The notes under the pieces were generated by a model. The model searched no databases, was not told where the DNA came from, and saw only the letters and a list, made by a program, of their open reading frames with translations. From NCBI GenBank assembly GCA_030704615.1, contig CM060732.1:54374001-54438000 (forward strand): DNA of 64,000 nucleotides. Direction: 5' to 3'. The first letter of the stretch is position 1; each line of letters opens with the position of its first letter. The position numbers were made by a program, and so were the translations under genes. The stretch comes from Takakia lepidozioides (Eukaryota; Plantae; Bryophyta). Positions 25,104-37,400 of this stretch are shown here, in pieces.

Positions 25104-25289
25104 TGGCCACTTTCTATTTTATATACATAAGCTTCTGTTTTCTTTGTACATGCAATGTGATTCTTTTCAATGAACACCCACCAACACAATACTAATACAA
25201 ACATGAAAAGTACTGTAAATACTATACAATGATGGGTACACATGAAAAGACATGATGGAAACTGGATCTACTCAATCCATTTTTCACTT

Positions 25290-26930
25290 GACATCCCTAC
25301 ATGGATTTACGAGTCCATAGATCAACATGGAAAGAGGCATCTTTAGGCAAGCAGGTGGCTAGGTCATTCTTTGTCTAGCTCGGGGTTGGTATATTGTGAT
25401 CATGCTCATAAGTACGTGAGCACAAATCCATAGTAATAGGTTGTAATTATATTGTAACATTTATGATAGTTTCGTAGTGTTTCTCACGAGACATTTCTGT
25501 TTTGCCATGGTAGACTTTTGATATGTTTTCAATAAATATGGAATATTTTTCTGCTCACATGTGCATAAGCCACTCTTTTAGTGGCGAATAATCGCGAAAT
25601 TTTGACCTCAAAAAATAAAATGGAATATTCTGTCACAAATTCCTTTTTTTCATGGATGAAATTGCCAATTATCTGAATATGGATGAATTTGTCAAATACG
25701 GATGATATCAATGGATGAAATACATTGGAGGATGTTTCTATCCAAATTTCAATGGATGAACAGAATATATGGCTATTCCCTGCAAAACTCACTCAAGGCT
25801 ATTTTCCAAATTAATTTTTTTTTGGCTGATGTGCATGATGCCCACAACATCGTCAAGCTCATGTTTTTCATTGCTTTCTTAGTGTTTGCTATCTTTGTTT
25901 GCTATAGCCTTGGTTCTATGGTTGGCATTTGCCATGGCTATCTTATCCCAAAGTTTTTCATGTTTTTCTCTCATTGCAATAAAATTTTGAGATGCTATGA
26001 GCAGAACTTTCCCCACACTAGAGGGAAGGTTGGTAGAACGTGAGTACACCGGTGAGCACAAGAAAATGGAGGTATGAGCACAAACATACGGCAATATGAT
26101 ACCCATGTTTTAACGGAAATAGAATACACCCGAATAAGGTTCATACATGCGAAATAGGGGATTATGTGCCTATTTTCGTGCCTATTTCTGTCCCTAAACC
26201 CTATACCCTAATGTGAAAAATGAAACTCCTAATGTATATCTAGAAGCTCCAAAATCCAAATATTTACAACTTTGGTATCCTACAAAAAAATAATACGTTG
26301 GGGAAAAACAAAGTCATAATAACCAACACCATCCAAAACACACAAATACCAAACAATAATTGAACAATTTAATATAATGAGGCAAACAACGGGTTTTGCT
26401 AGCGAAATAAATCAAGGTATCAGGTTTCACCAACGAATTAAATCAAGATATCCGGTTTCACCAGCGAATTGAAGTATTGGGTTTCACCAATTTTCAAGGT
26501 ATCGTAACGTAGATCAGTATCCAATAGTTTCGTGGGTGAAACAAAATTGGTTGTGTTTGGTTTTGCATATAAGGGATGACATGATGTTTTATTTCGCTAC
26601 CGAATTGTTACGTGCTTATTGCAGTAGGTCATTACCCACGCTTTCGTGGGCAAAACATAATGAATTGTGTCTAGTTTCGCATATTAGTGATTGCTACGAG
26701 TGTCAACTGCACATGGATTAAATATGCAACTATTAATCAACGAAAAGTGTTGATAGAGGTGGCACTGACGAAAACTTCCTTATGCCCCAATTTTGCGCGG
26801 CTTGTGCTCACGTGAGCACACATTTCACATTTTAATTTCATTAAAGTATTTTTCAAGAATATTCTTGAAATATGTGGTATATCCTATTCTACTCACGTGA
26901 GCAAGCGCATGGAGGCGTGAGGTGCTACCC
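25290..26930. repeat. Degenerate dispersed repeat related to 4150-5760 (ctcacgtgagca and tggatga motifs)
   Basis: Shares the palindromic motifs and a catggaaagag match in inverted orientation. The ends were not resolved. Confidence 0.35.
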
Positions 26931-27029
26931 TTGAAGCCCACCTAGAGTAAGTTGTTTTGTTTAACTATCCATCATTTTCAGGAATTTTTGTAATCAGAAG
27001 GATTAGAAAAACCTATTTTTAAAAATGAA

Positions 27030-27425
27030 ACAGTGACTGGGAGCACTAGCTCACAAACCAGGCCTCTTAATTGTGTGAGAGGAAAAAATAACCTCTTTAA
27101 GAATAACCTTGCCATGAGGTGCCGGGTGCCAAGCAGAAGGCTTAAGGGACACCTCCCAAGAGAAGGGGGACAAAAACGGCTTAAGGGAAACATACCACAT
27201 CAGACAACTAGCATGCAGCCCAGTGGTAATGGGCACATACCATGTTGGATGTGGTTGTGGGTTCAAACCAGGGTCTGGGGTGTCATGAAGGTGTCCATCT
27301 TTCACCTGAAAGGCAGTAGCCCTTGTGGTGAAGTGACACCATGAATTACGCTCCCTTCGGGAGGCGTTATACATATATATACCACATCCGACAATGTAGC
27401 AATATTTGAGCCCTGAATCACCTGC
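27030..27425 (-). mobile_element. SINE family A copy carrying a SINE-B insertion
   Basis: Colinear with 24349-24530 once 27208-27394 is removed. Confidence 0.75.
27208..27378 (+). mobile_element. tRNA-derived SINE family B, copy 2
   Basis: A-box cagcccagtggtaa, B-box ggttcaaacc and (AT)n tail. 16-bp TSD ataccacatc(a/c)gacaa at 27192-27207 and 27379-27394. Confidence 0.8.
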
Positions 27426-29100
27426 CAGAATTTTTTATTGTTTTTGAGACGTCAAACATCGAACAACTTTGGCATAGTGATTAGGAAAATAAGGCCGCAT
27501 TACAAGTGATCGTGGATTCAAAGCCTTGTAGATATATGTTGGATGTCACCCATTCTATGAATCCAACTGTAAAATGGGGTCATTGGATCAATCAACTTCT
27601 TATTGTTATTGTGTGATTGCATTGCCCCATCACGGCCGAAAGGAAGGCTACTTATACGCTTGCTTTGGCAAGTGTTCTTCTTTTCAAGACTTGCCGACTT
27701 TCTCAAAAAAAAAAAAAACCCGTGGAAAATAACTTTAAGCTTACCTCTTACACAGATCATCCGGTCAGTAACCTGGCAAACTTCCTCGAATTTGCGAATA
27801 AAAATGAAAGGGTGTAGGCTGGTAGCCTGGTAAGCATAGGGTGAAAGGAACCCTGAACACCGAACAGAAAACAAAGAGATAGGATAGAAGATAGGCACAG
27901 CACACACCGTGCCAAACGGGGACGAGGGTGCCATGTGACGCAGGCTGCAGCGGCTGCTCCGGTAGCTCCACGTGCCGCCAAACGGCATGCGCGCTGCATC
28001 CGCCATCTCATCTCGTCCAGTCACACGCTGTCGGCCCACGTTGCGTCCGCTCCGCACCTCTGACCTAACCCTAACCCCCGCGTGGTTGCAGAAGGCGCAG
28101 GTGTTGCCTGTCTTTATATACTGCAACATGCTGCGGATGGCGGCAAACGGTATGGGATAACTGTTCTAAATTTTGCTATTATTATTTTTCTGCTCTGCAA
28201 ATTCTACGAAGGTAAAATGGCGGCTGGCTATGATAGTGAGCGACTATGCACCAGTACTGAGAATAGTGCTATCTTTCAATCATTGATCATCGTTCATCCA
28301 CCTTCACGCCTGCCTAAGTACTGTGGTCCTTGTGTGGCGCATGGATGACTCACTATAGGACTAAACTCATCCATAGCTACATCTATCTTACATCCATTGT
28401 GGGAGCGCATGGATGATTCAGTAGAGGACGAAACTCATCCATGAGCACAGATTGAAAGCCCACAGACCATCCTTCATCAATTCTCCTGACCAAAACTGGA
28501 AAGTAACTGGTGGAATTTGGATGAAGAGCGTCTCTATCAGCAGTGCATTCCTGGAGGATGTACTCGCACATAATCATCCTTCCAAACCGAGTCCGTCGAT
28601 GGCGACTGGATGAGGTTAGACATCGTCCATAATTTATTAATGGATGACATCCCTTCATCTTCATCCATATCGGCAACTCCCCTAAGGATGATTAAATTTG
28701 ATCAACTGTCTCCTTTGCCGGCATCTGAAGTCAGCCGCTCTATATATAGGACGGACGGGTGCAGATGCGGGCAAACGGTATGGGATAATGTGGCGCGAAG
28801 AGGGAGTCAGCTTATTACATAGTGCCCAATAAAATATGGAAAGCAATCTGGAGGGTGATTTGATACCTTTGTCAGCACAGTCATTGCAGTCAAATCCAGT
28901 CGTCCACTAATCCTGGTTAGCGTGTGATTGACTAACATTGATATAAACAATAAGATATACATAGAATAAATAAATAAAAAACGTGGGTTATTAAGTTCAG
29001 CTGACACAAAAACGGTTGCATACTTAGTAGATACTAAGTTAGATACTGCGCATGGCATCTCATATTAAACACTTCACACAAACTGTGTGTCAGCTTAATT

Positions 29101-29302
29101 TAGGGTATGCTAGAGATAGCTCTGTTACGTGCTAACTGTCGATAGATTATTAGGGTGTGCTGGATTAGCTCTGTTATGTGCTAACTGTGGATGAAATAGT
29201 TAGCGTGTGCTGGAAATAGCTCTGTTATGTGCTAACTGTGGATGAAATTGTGAGGGTGTGCTGGAAATAGCTCCGTTATGTGCTAACTGTGGATGAAATA
29301 GT
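29101..29302. repeat. Minisatellite, 4 units of 50-51 bp, upstream of phototropin
   Basis: Unit tagggtgtgctggaaatagctctgttatgtgctaactgtggatgaaatagt at 29101, 29151, 29201 and 29252. Confidence 0.92.
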
Positions 29303-29687
29303 CAGTAAATTTTCGGATCAAGTAGTGGAACAGGAGAAAACAAAAAATCTGTCCCGACTCTCTCACTCACCACTGAAGCTCTATCCAAGATTGGATGATA
29401 TTCATTCGTCATCAACATGGTAAGAAGTATCATCCTCATCTGTCGAAAGTGGATGAAGTGGATGAAAAGATGGCATATGAGGGCCGGTCATGAATGATGG
29501 CCATATCCATCCATCACGACAACATTCATCCACGTGCGTTGGGAGGAGGTGGGAGCCGGTAAAGGCCTACGTGCAGCGAAGGAGAGAGAGAGGAGTTATC
29601 ACCAACTTGTGGCTGCCCGTCTGCCATCCTGGGCAGCTGCTGGGCCTCCACACCAAGCTTCTCACTTGCGAGTTGACTGCATCGGGT

Positions 29688-29692
29688 CTCCC

Positions 29693-29733
<41 letters not shown>

Positions 29734-30012
29734 GTCTCTCTCTGTCTCTCTTACAGTGCGAGCTGCGGGGTTGTTGGTGGAGGGGAGTGCTTGGAAGTTT
29801 GAGTGCAGAAGGGGGAATTGTGAGTTGTGTGAGGGCGGGGCATGGATCTAAATTGTCGGTGCAGTGTGGAAGAGGTTGATGGTTGGTGGAGGACAGCATC
29901 CATACCCGCCTGCTCGCTGTTGCCTCGTCGGTAGGCGGTTGTTCGGCCTGTCCCTGTCCCTTTCGATCAGGTTATCTCTCCCTCCATTTCTCTCTCTCTC
30001 TCTCTCTCTCTG
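29688..30012 (+). promoter_or_regulatory. CT-repeat (Y-patch/GAGA-type) region; probable TSS and 5' UTR of phototropin, followed by a probable 5' UTR intron ending at 31453
   Basis: (CT)n tracts at 29688-29752 and 29975-30012. A candidate donor lies at about 29930, and the acceptor acacag is 36 nt before the ATG. Inferred only; no transcript data. Confidence 0.45.
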
Positions 30013-31489
30013 GCCTCCACCTCTCGGGGCTCTGGTGGGCTGTCTGACTATCCACCCAAATCCTTATCTTCGTCCCCTTTTGATACGCTGTGCGTATGTG
30101 GGTCCATGATTGGCAGGCGCACAGACACGCTAGATTGTTTTCGGCTCTCATGTAAAGGCCAGGGGTTGGGTAGTCAATCTGATGGAAGCATTCATTGGCT
30201 AGAAGTATGCTTATGATGATTATGATAGACGGTTTGCACGTGGTCGGTTGTGACACGGGAAGTTGCAAGCAGCTTGTCTTCGTTGGTGTTGTGTGTGGTA
30301 AAAACGGCTCGGATGGAAATCTAGATTGGGAAGTTTGTTGAATTGTCAAGTGAGATACCTGGGGGTCTAGGTACATTAGTGAGCACTGTAACTAATCTTT
30401 CGGTGGCTAGCTGAAGGATTTTTTTGTAGTCAATTCTCGCAGAGGAAGTCAAATGGGCCGGTGCCGAAGAGAGACAAGGGAGAAAGAACTCGCATTTTGG
30501 ACGAACTGGCTGCTTGCGTGGCCTTTAAACCAATAGTGGAAGAAAACCATAAGTGTCAGCGAGGCAGTAATTACTTGTTTGTCGCAACAGTTGGTAGTGG
30601 CTTATTAATCTTCAAACTTCTCAAAAGCTTGACGACAAATACCTTAGTCGTAGAGGTTGAAACAGCTTTGTTCATGCAGCAAAACAGTACACAAGACAAC
30701 AAAGAACTTCATGAGACGCACATGAAGTTTCTTGCTATTAGCTGGGCGTGAGGTGGCCTGCACGGAGCTCACCCTCATGACAAAGTCATGCCTATAATTG
30801 TCCAGAGGCCTGGAATGTCAGCCATAATGTCATCATGCAAGAGATGTAGTATATATGATATGGTGCATTCGTATCTTCCAAAGGTGGCTATCAGTATTTC
30901 TACACACTCCTTGCCATTAGAACCAGGGGTCTCCTTACCCAGAATTCGAACCCTCACTTCCTCTCCAATTTTGGTCCCAGTTGCCATTCCAAAGGATGTC
31001 CTGAACTTCAGTATCAGCCACCTCATTCGATTCTGGTATATGTATGTGAAGTGTCATTAGATGTGTTTAAGCCAGTGCACTAATCGCAGGTGTAACTGTT
31101 ATCTCTCCATGAGAATGAGAGGGTATGGTAATATCTGCTAAGGGTTGGAGGTGTATCCATTTGGCATTTCAATCCCTAGTGTGCTTGTCACAATGTCTTC
31201 TTCTGGAGGGAGAAGAGAGAAGTATGTGTACTGAGGATGATCTTATGTTCTGGACAGAAGTGTTGAGTTGTGGAAGCTTCATTTTTTATGGAATTTTTGC
31301 AGGGCTGGGAATTATTGCAAGGGCAAGCGCAAGGAAGTCTGGCTTGGCTGGGCAGTGGCTCAAACCCGTGGAAATTTAAAATTGGAAGATTGTCCTTTTC
31401 TCCAGTCGAAATTTTCAGTTTGATGTCTGGGAATGGTAATTGACTGGACACAGGTCCTCTAAAAGGGTACTTCTGTGAGGAGCAGCAAT

Positions 31490-34400
31490 ATGCCGTCGTC
31501 GGAACCCTCATCAAGCAAGCCCAACCCACAAGGGGCTCCACGACCTCGACCAAGGACAGGTCGTGACAGTTCCCTACCGTTTCCCCCCCGCACACAGCGG
31601 GGCTCTCTTGAAGTCTTTGGTGGAGCTCCCCAGAGCGCCCTGTTACTGTCAGGGGCTTCGCCAGCCAAAGGCAGTGTGACTGATGACCAAGATGAACAGT
31701 CAAGAGCAGCTCTGTTTGGCAGTACCTCAGGGAAGAGGCAAGCACGGGGGGTTGATGCACTTCGGGGGATATCCCAGCCAGTCAAGGGAAGAGAGGGGCT
31801 TTTCAATGGACAAAGCAGCCTCAAAAAGGCAGGGGATGATTTATTGCTCCCAGAGACATCATTGGATTTGGGAAGTTTGGAGCCAAAGGCACGAGCTGCC
31901 CGCAAGGAGGATGATGAAAGCAAGCAAGCAAGGAGTGCTGCTCATCATGGACGGACGAAATCACTACAGGTGGGATGAGATCTAGGGACAATTGTTTACA
32001 TTAGAGTCTGTTAGCATTCATCGGACATGTTATTTGTTGCATTCGGTACCTCACATTCATTCTCTGCATACCCCTGCTTATTGGGTCAAAATGCTAGACA
32101 GGATGGAGCCCTCCTTGCCTTTCAGAGTTAGTGGTCTTGACCCAAGTCTACGTCTCGATTGAGGATTCAAAAGAGAACCAGAAGTATTACAGAATGCTAG
32201 TGACTGTGATAACTAGTGGGGGAAATCAGTCCTCACATGGTCTTGTTTTCATTGCCAGGCAGGAGTTGGAGAACGAGATGATGACATTCTATCGGAGAAG
32301 TCATCAGGGCACGAAGATATGACCGATGATGTGATGGCAGAAAGAGCTGCAGAGTGGGGTCTGGTTTTGAAGTCGGATGCTGACACAGGGAAGACACAAG
32401 GGGTGCAGACTCAAAAGTCTAGTGATCGCAGATCAGGGGAGCGCAGGTCTGGAGAAGACCGAACTTCAGGAACTTCGCTGACCCTTCCAACTTCCGGAAC
32501 GTCATTGAGAACGTCTGAAGCATCAGATACAGGGAGTGATGGAGCAACAAACCTGCCTAAGGTTTCACGGGAGCTTAAGGATGCACTGTCAACATTCCAA
32601 CAGACATTTGTGGTGTCTGATGCAACGCAGCTGGGTTACCCTATACTCTATGCAAGTGCTGGCTTCTTCAGCATGACCGGATACAACCCTAGAGAGGTCA
32701 TTGGCCGCAACTGGTGAGATGTCTGTTGCTTCTCGAAGCTTAGTCTCATGCCAGTTCTCAGGATGTAATAAGGTTGGCAGGTCAAGCACTGTGTGTCTCT
32801 TTATGTGTGCTCGACGGCTTTCGTGTTGTTTCTCTAACGTATCTGATATAGCACTCTTGTTTATGAAAAGTCTCTGTCCCCACAGCATCTGTGTTGTTCG
32901 CGCTCGTTTCTGACTAAATTAGAACAAGCATATGCACAAGGTCACATCTTTTGTAAAAGTAGAGGTCCAAAGTAACTGTGGTAAAATAAAAGTCAGGTTT
33001 CTTAGAATCATCTGAAGGTTGGTTGTGTGCGAGCACTGTGGAAAATTTGGGGCTAGTTTTCCATACCCTGGTGAGTAGAAACCCTCTGACTAGCTCCCTA
33101 GCCAATGGGATTTTCCCTAGTAATGTGGAACCGATGTTTTGGAGGGAGACAGTCGATGAGACACACTCCATGTTTGTTTGTGCTGCCACATCCATAATGT
33201 TTATAGGTCGAGGGGGCTATCACGGAGCTCCACCTTGTGCGTTTCTTACGAACATAGTCTTGTTCTTTCCTGATGGTTTGGTAGGTTTTCAGAGTGAGCA
33301 CAACGTCCAGCTGGTTGGACCTGGCAAGTATGTGATGACAAGTGGGGTTGGGCCATGGCAACAGCCGATTTTTGCAGGGACCTGGCACTGATCCCAGCGA
33401 TGTGGCCAAAATTCGTGAAGCATTGCAGGCAGGGAAGAACTTCTGTGGTCGTTTGCTGAACTACAAGAAAGATGGCACAGCATTCTGGAATCTGCTTACA
33501 ATTACTCCAATTAAAGATGACGAAGGCAAAATCCTCAAGTTCATAGGGTAAGCTCCTGCCCTGGTATTAAATTTGCTCCACCTACATTTGTCTCTCATTT
33601 CGGGGAAGGTGAGATGGGTTTTATTTGCCTGCATCACGAATATATTTCTTTCTGTTGAAGGGAGTTCCCACGAGATGATCAGATTGAATGATCAACCTCA
33701 AATGCAGTTGGTTATCCACAACTGGCTGTCTACAGGGACAAGAACATAGTGTTTAGGAATATAGTGTCCAGTTTCTGAGAAGATGAGGGATGGGAGGTGT
33801 ACAGAATGCAGGTGGAGGTGAGCAAGCATACAGAAGGGAAAAAGGATAAGGCCTTGCGCCCCAATGGCCTTCCTGAGTCTCTCATCAGATATGATGGTCA
33901 GTTTCAATGGTTTTTTATCTCTTAGTGTAGTGCCTTCCAGGTTTGTGCTAGTATTCTGGAGACGACGTTGACAGGCAATATTAGCTTTCTGTGTGAATCC
34001 CCCGTTCACATTTCGTCTAGCAGAAAGCAAGAGACCTGTGGGTCATTTTATCATATCTGCATTTTTCCAGCACCCCTTGTGGTCTGGTTTTAGTCTTGTC
34101 CAGCCAGTCTGTGCTGTGTCTCCTTCCCCTGACCTGTGGACTGGCTTCAGGCCATGATCTCCAATGGTTACTCGATCCTTTCTCTTTTTTTCTGCCTTCC
34201 TGTTCTTTCAAAGCATTATAGATTTACAGTTCTGCAGAGTACTCAGTTGGAATTGCTGGCTTTGTCAAACCAGTTGAAGGCTTCATTGAAGCAATTGGGC
34301 TGTGTGCAGCACGGCAGAAGGAGAGGGCCACTGAATCAGTAACAGAGTTAGTGGGGGTATTTAAAACTCCACAGCCAGTAGTCCAGGGCCTTAACAACGT

Positions 34401-37400
34401 GTCATCACAGCATGCCCTACCTTCTCTGCATTCTCAGAAGCCACTTGAAAGTGTTATGGAAGCCTCCGGGCGGGCGTCACTATCCAGTCAGCCTGATGGC
34501 TATAGGCGGACCTCAACTGAGAGATTCCCGAGAGCACGCAGTGAGTCGAAGCCCGATGCAGTTTCATATGGTGAAGGAGGTGTAAGGACAAAACACCGGT
34601 CATCTGGATTTCTCTCATTACTTGGGTATGTCATGATCTGTGTTTGAATACGTTTCCGCTGAAAGTATATCATCGTCTACAAGTTTGTTTCACATTGCAG
34701 ATACAGATCTGCTTTGTCATGAAATTGGGCAACTAAAAAACTCTGCATCACCTGATGTCAGTCCAGTGAAGGGGTATGTGGGCTGCCTTTGCGTGACCAT
34801 TCATGTTTGTGAGTCTCACCGTTGAGCATGCCTAACTTAGTGAGGTTGATGGAGGCATCCAGGCTGGCGAAGCCTCAAACACTTGAAGAGGAGGAGTTTG
34901 AGCCAGAATTGGATGATGAGTGGCCTGAGAGCCTGGATGATGTTGAAAGGACCGTAGGGATTCGCAGAGGCATTGATTTAGCAACCACCCTTGAACGGAT
35001 TGCAAAGAATTTTGTAATCACAGATCCACGACTCCCGGACAATCCAATTGTAAGTTGATTGCTCACCTTCTTGTCTTTTTATCCAAAGATTTGCAGTAGT
35101 CCGGTTGTCTTTTCCCTGTGGCTTGTGTCTTGGAAATCTCATATTCAATGCCTGTGGGAAGGGTATGGATTTGGCTATGGATTTACTATGTTTGTGGAAA
35201 GGACAAGCAAGACTTGCCGATGGTAACCACAGTGTTGATTTCACATGCATAACAGATTTTTGCTTCTGACGAGTTTTTGGAGCTGACTGAGTACTCTCGT
35301 GAGGAAATTCTTGGAAGAAATTGCAGGTAAAGGTTTGCACCGTGAATTTCTATTACTTCCACTCCTGAGTTCTTACACAGTTGGTCACATAACCAAATAA
35401 GATTCTTGGTTTCTCAGACTCGTGAAGCTCAGAATTTGTTACTGACGCTGCCCTTTCCATGGATGGATGAGGTTCTGATAGTCCACTAGGCACATCAATA
35501 CAACTGATAAAGTAGCTTTTTGGTGTAAGCACAATCGGATGTCTCTAGATGTAATGCCCCATTATTGATCTCGTGACCTGTTAGTAAAGTTCTGCTGCAT
35601 GATTTCAGGTTTTTGCAAGGACCCGACACGGATCAGAACACTGTTCAACAGATCCGTGATGCAATAGCAGCTCGCAGAGACATCACTGTCCAGTTGCTTA
35701 ACTACACCAAGAGTGGTATGCTCGTGTTTTCTTATTGTGTTTGAAGCAGTGTGTGGGGGCTTCACGCTCCAGGTTAAACAGATGTTTGAGTTCGATTATC
35801 CATTATTCCACAGTTATGATTGAATGTACATAGGGTTCCATCTGCATTTATACTGATGTCCCTTCAAGCACTCAAGTAGATGGGCACAATGATCTCTCAA
35901 TAGGAGTTTAGGCTACCAGTCACTTCACACGCTAGATTGACTCTCTGGTACTGGGGCCACACCATTTATAGCTGCTTTCACCAGGCTACCTTAATGGCAG
36001 TGCTGACAGCGTACGACTGATCAGTTGAATCATACTGCATGATATGATAATGCTGAACTCAAGTGAACTTGCAAGTTGCCTGTGTCTGTGTGGCATGCTA
36101 TGGATGTACTGGTTAGATTCTTTGGATCATAGCCTTGTGGCTGTAGAATGTGTGCCTGGTTTGCATTCATGTGGAAAGAGGTATACTTCTATGTGCTGAT
36201 GAGGTAGTTGCATGCAGGAAAGCCATTCTGGAACCTCTTCCATCTGCAGGCTATGCGAGATCATAATGTAAGTATCAACATGAATTTCATAGTCTCGTCC
36301 TTCCCTGGTAACTTGTAGCTAGATTTACTGGGATTAGGACTCCGGGGTTATTAAAGCATGAGCCAGCGGTTAGTTTACAATACAAGTATCTAACGATGAA
36401 AATTGGAGTAGAACTTGGTCCTTTCAAAGGGATTAGTTTGGATAAATGTAATCTAAAGGGAAAGGATCCACGTTGTGGTATGGCAGGGCGAGTTGCAGTA
36501 CTTTATTGGCGTGCAGCTGGATGGGAGCGAGTATATAGAACCAGAGCGCAAGCGGTTATCTGAGAAGACCGAGAAAGAGGGTGCCAAAGTGGTGCGCTTG
36601 GCTCAGACCTTGAACATGTTTAGCATCCTTTTGTCTTAGTTGCCTAGCCATTCTTTTTCCTATCTACCATTTCTCTATCAATGTGCTGTTTCTTTCCTGC
36701 ATCTCCTGATTTTACTCTCTCTCTTCTCACAACCGTCAACTTTTCTGTTTCATCACAAATGGTATGCATGTTCAGGAAGGCAGTAAGCACCTGGACGAAT
36801 TGAATATCCATAGAATGTACTCATAAGACTGTTTGCTGTAGCCTTGTGGCCATTGACCCATTGAATGTCCATAGAGTAAGCTTGGTCTGTTTGAAGTGGG
36901 GGATGAAAGTGATGGCTTTATGCCGAAATTATTCCATTCTGATGGTTTTCCTGTGGCATGTGCAGGTGCGGGAGACTGCAAGAAATATTGATGGAGCTGT
37001 GCGGGAGCTTCCAGATGCAAATCTGGTGCGCTTTCTTGTGCATATTTCATTATTTTCATCTGCCATCACAGTATGGTCTCAAGATATAGGGACACCAGAC
37101 TAGGGGAATGACAACTTTCACGGTCAAGATATTGTGTCGCCAGTTTTACTCATGTCATGAATAGCTGATTCTTTGGTCCTCCACTTTCATGTCTTTCTTT
37201 CTCTGTAATTATCTCAGCAGTCATTGGTTTATGTGATCTTGCAGAAACCTGAGGATCTTTGGTCCAAGCATTCACAAGTCGTCCATCCGAAGCCTCATAG
37301 GAAACACTCTGCCTCTTGGAATGCTATCAATAAGGTGAACCTTGTACAATTTTTGCATGCGGCAGAAATAGAATGTACTCATAAGACGACGTTTTCCGTA

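Noticed and set aside
27518-28129. 203-aa minus-strand ORF
   Set aside because: No recognisable domain, and it runs through a homopolymer tract and promoter-like sequence.
28405-28445. Hammerhead ribozyme suggested by gacgaaac
   Set aside because: There is no CUGANGA core or compatible stems; it is one of the ggatga/tcatcc inverted pairs.
29101-29302. CRISPR-like array
   Set aside because: The units are contiguous with no unique spacers and the context is eukaryotic. It is a minisatellite.
29490-32713. Neochrome (phytochrome-phototropin chimera)
   Set aside because: There is no PAS-GAF-PHY sequence upstream of LOV1, an in-frame stop precedes the ATG at 31490, and the gene is intron-rich.
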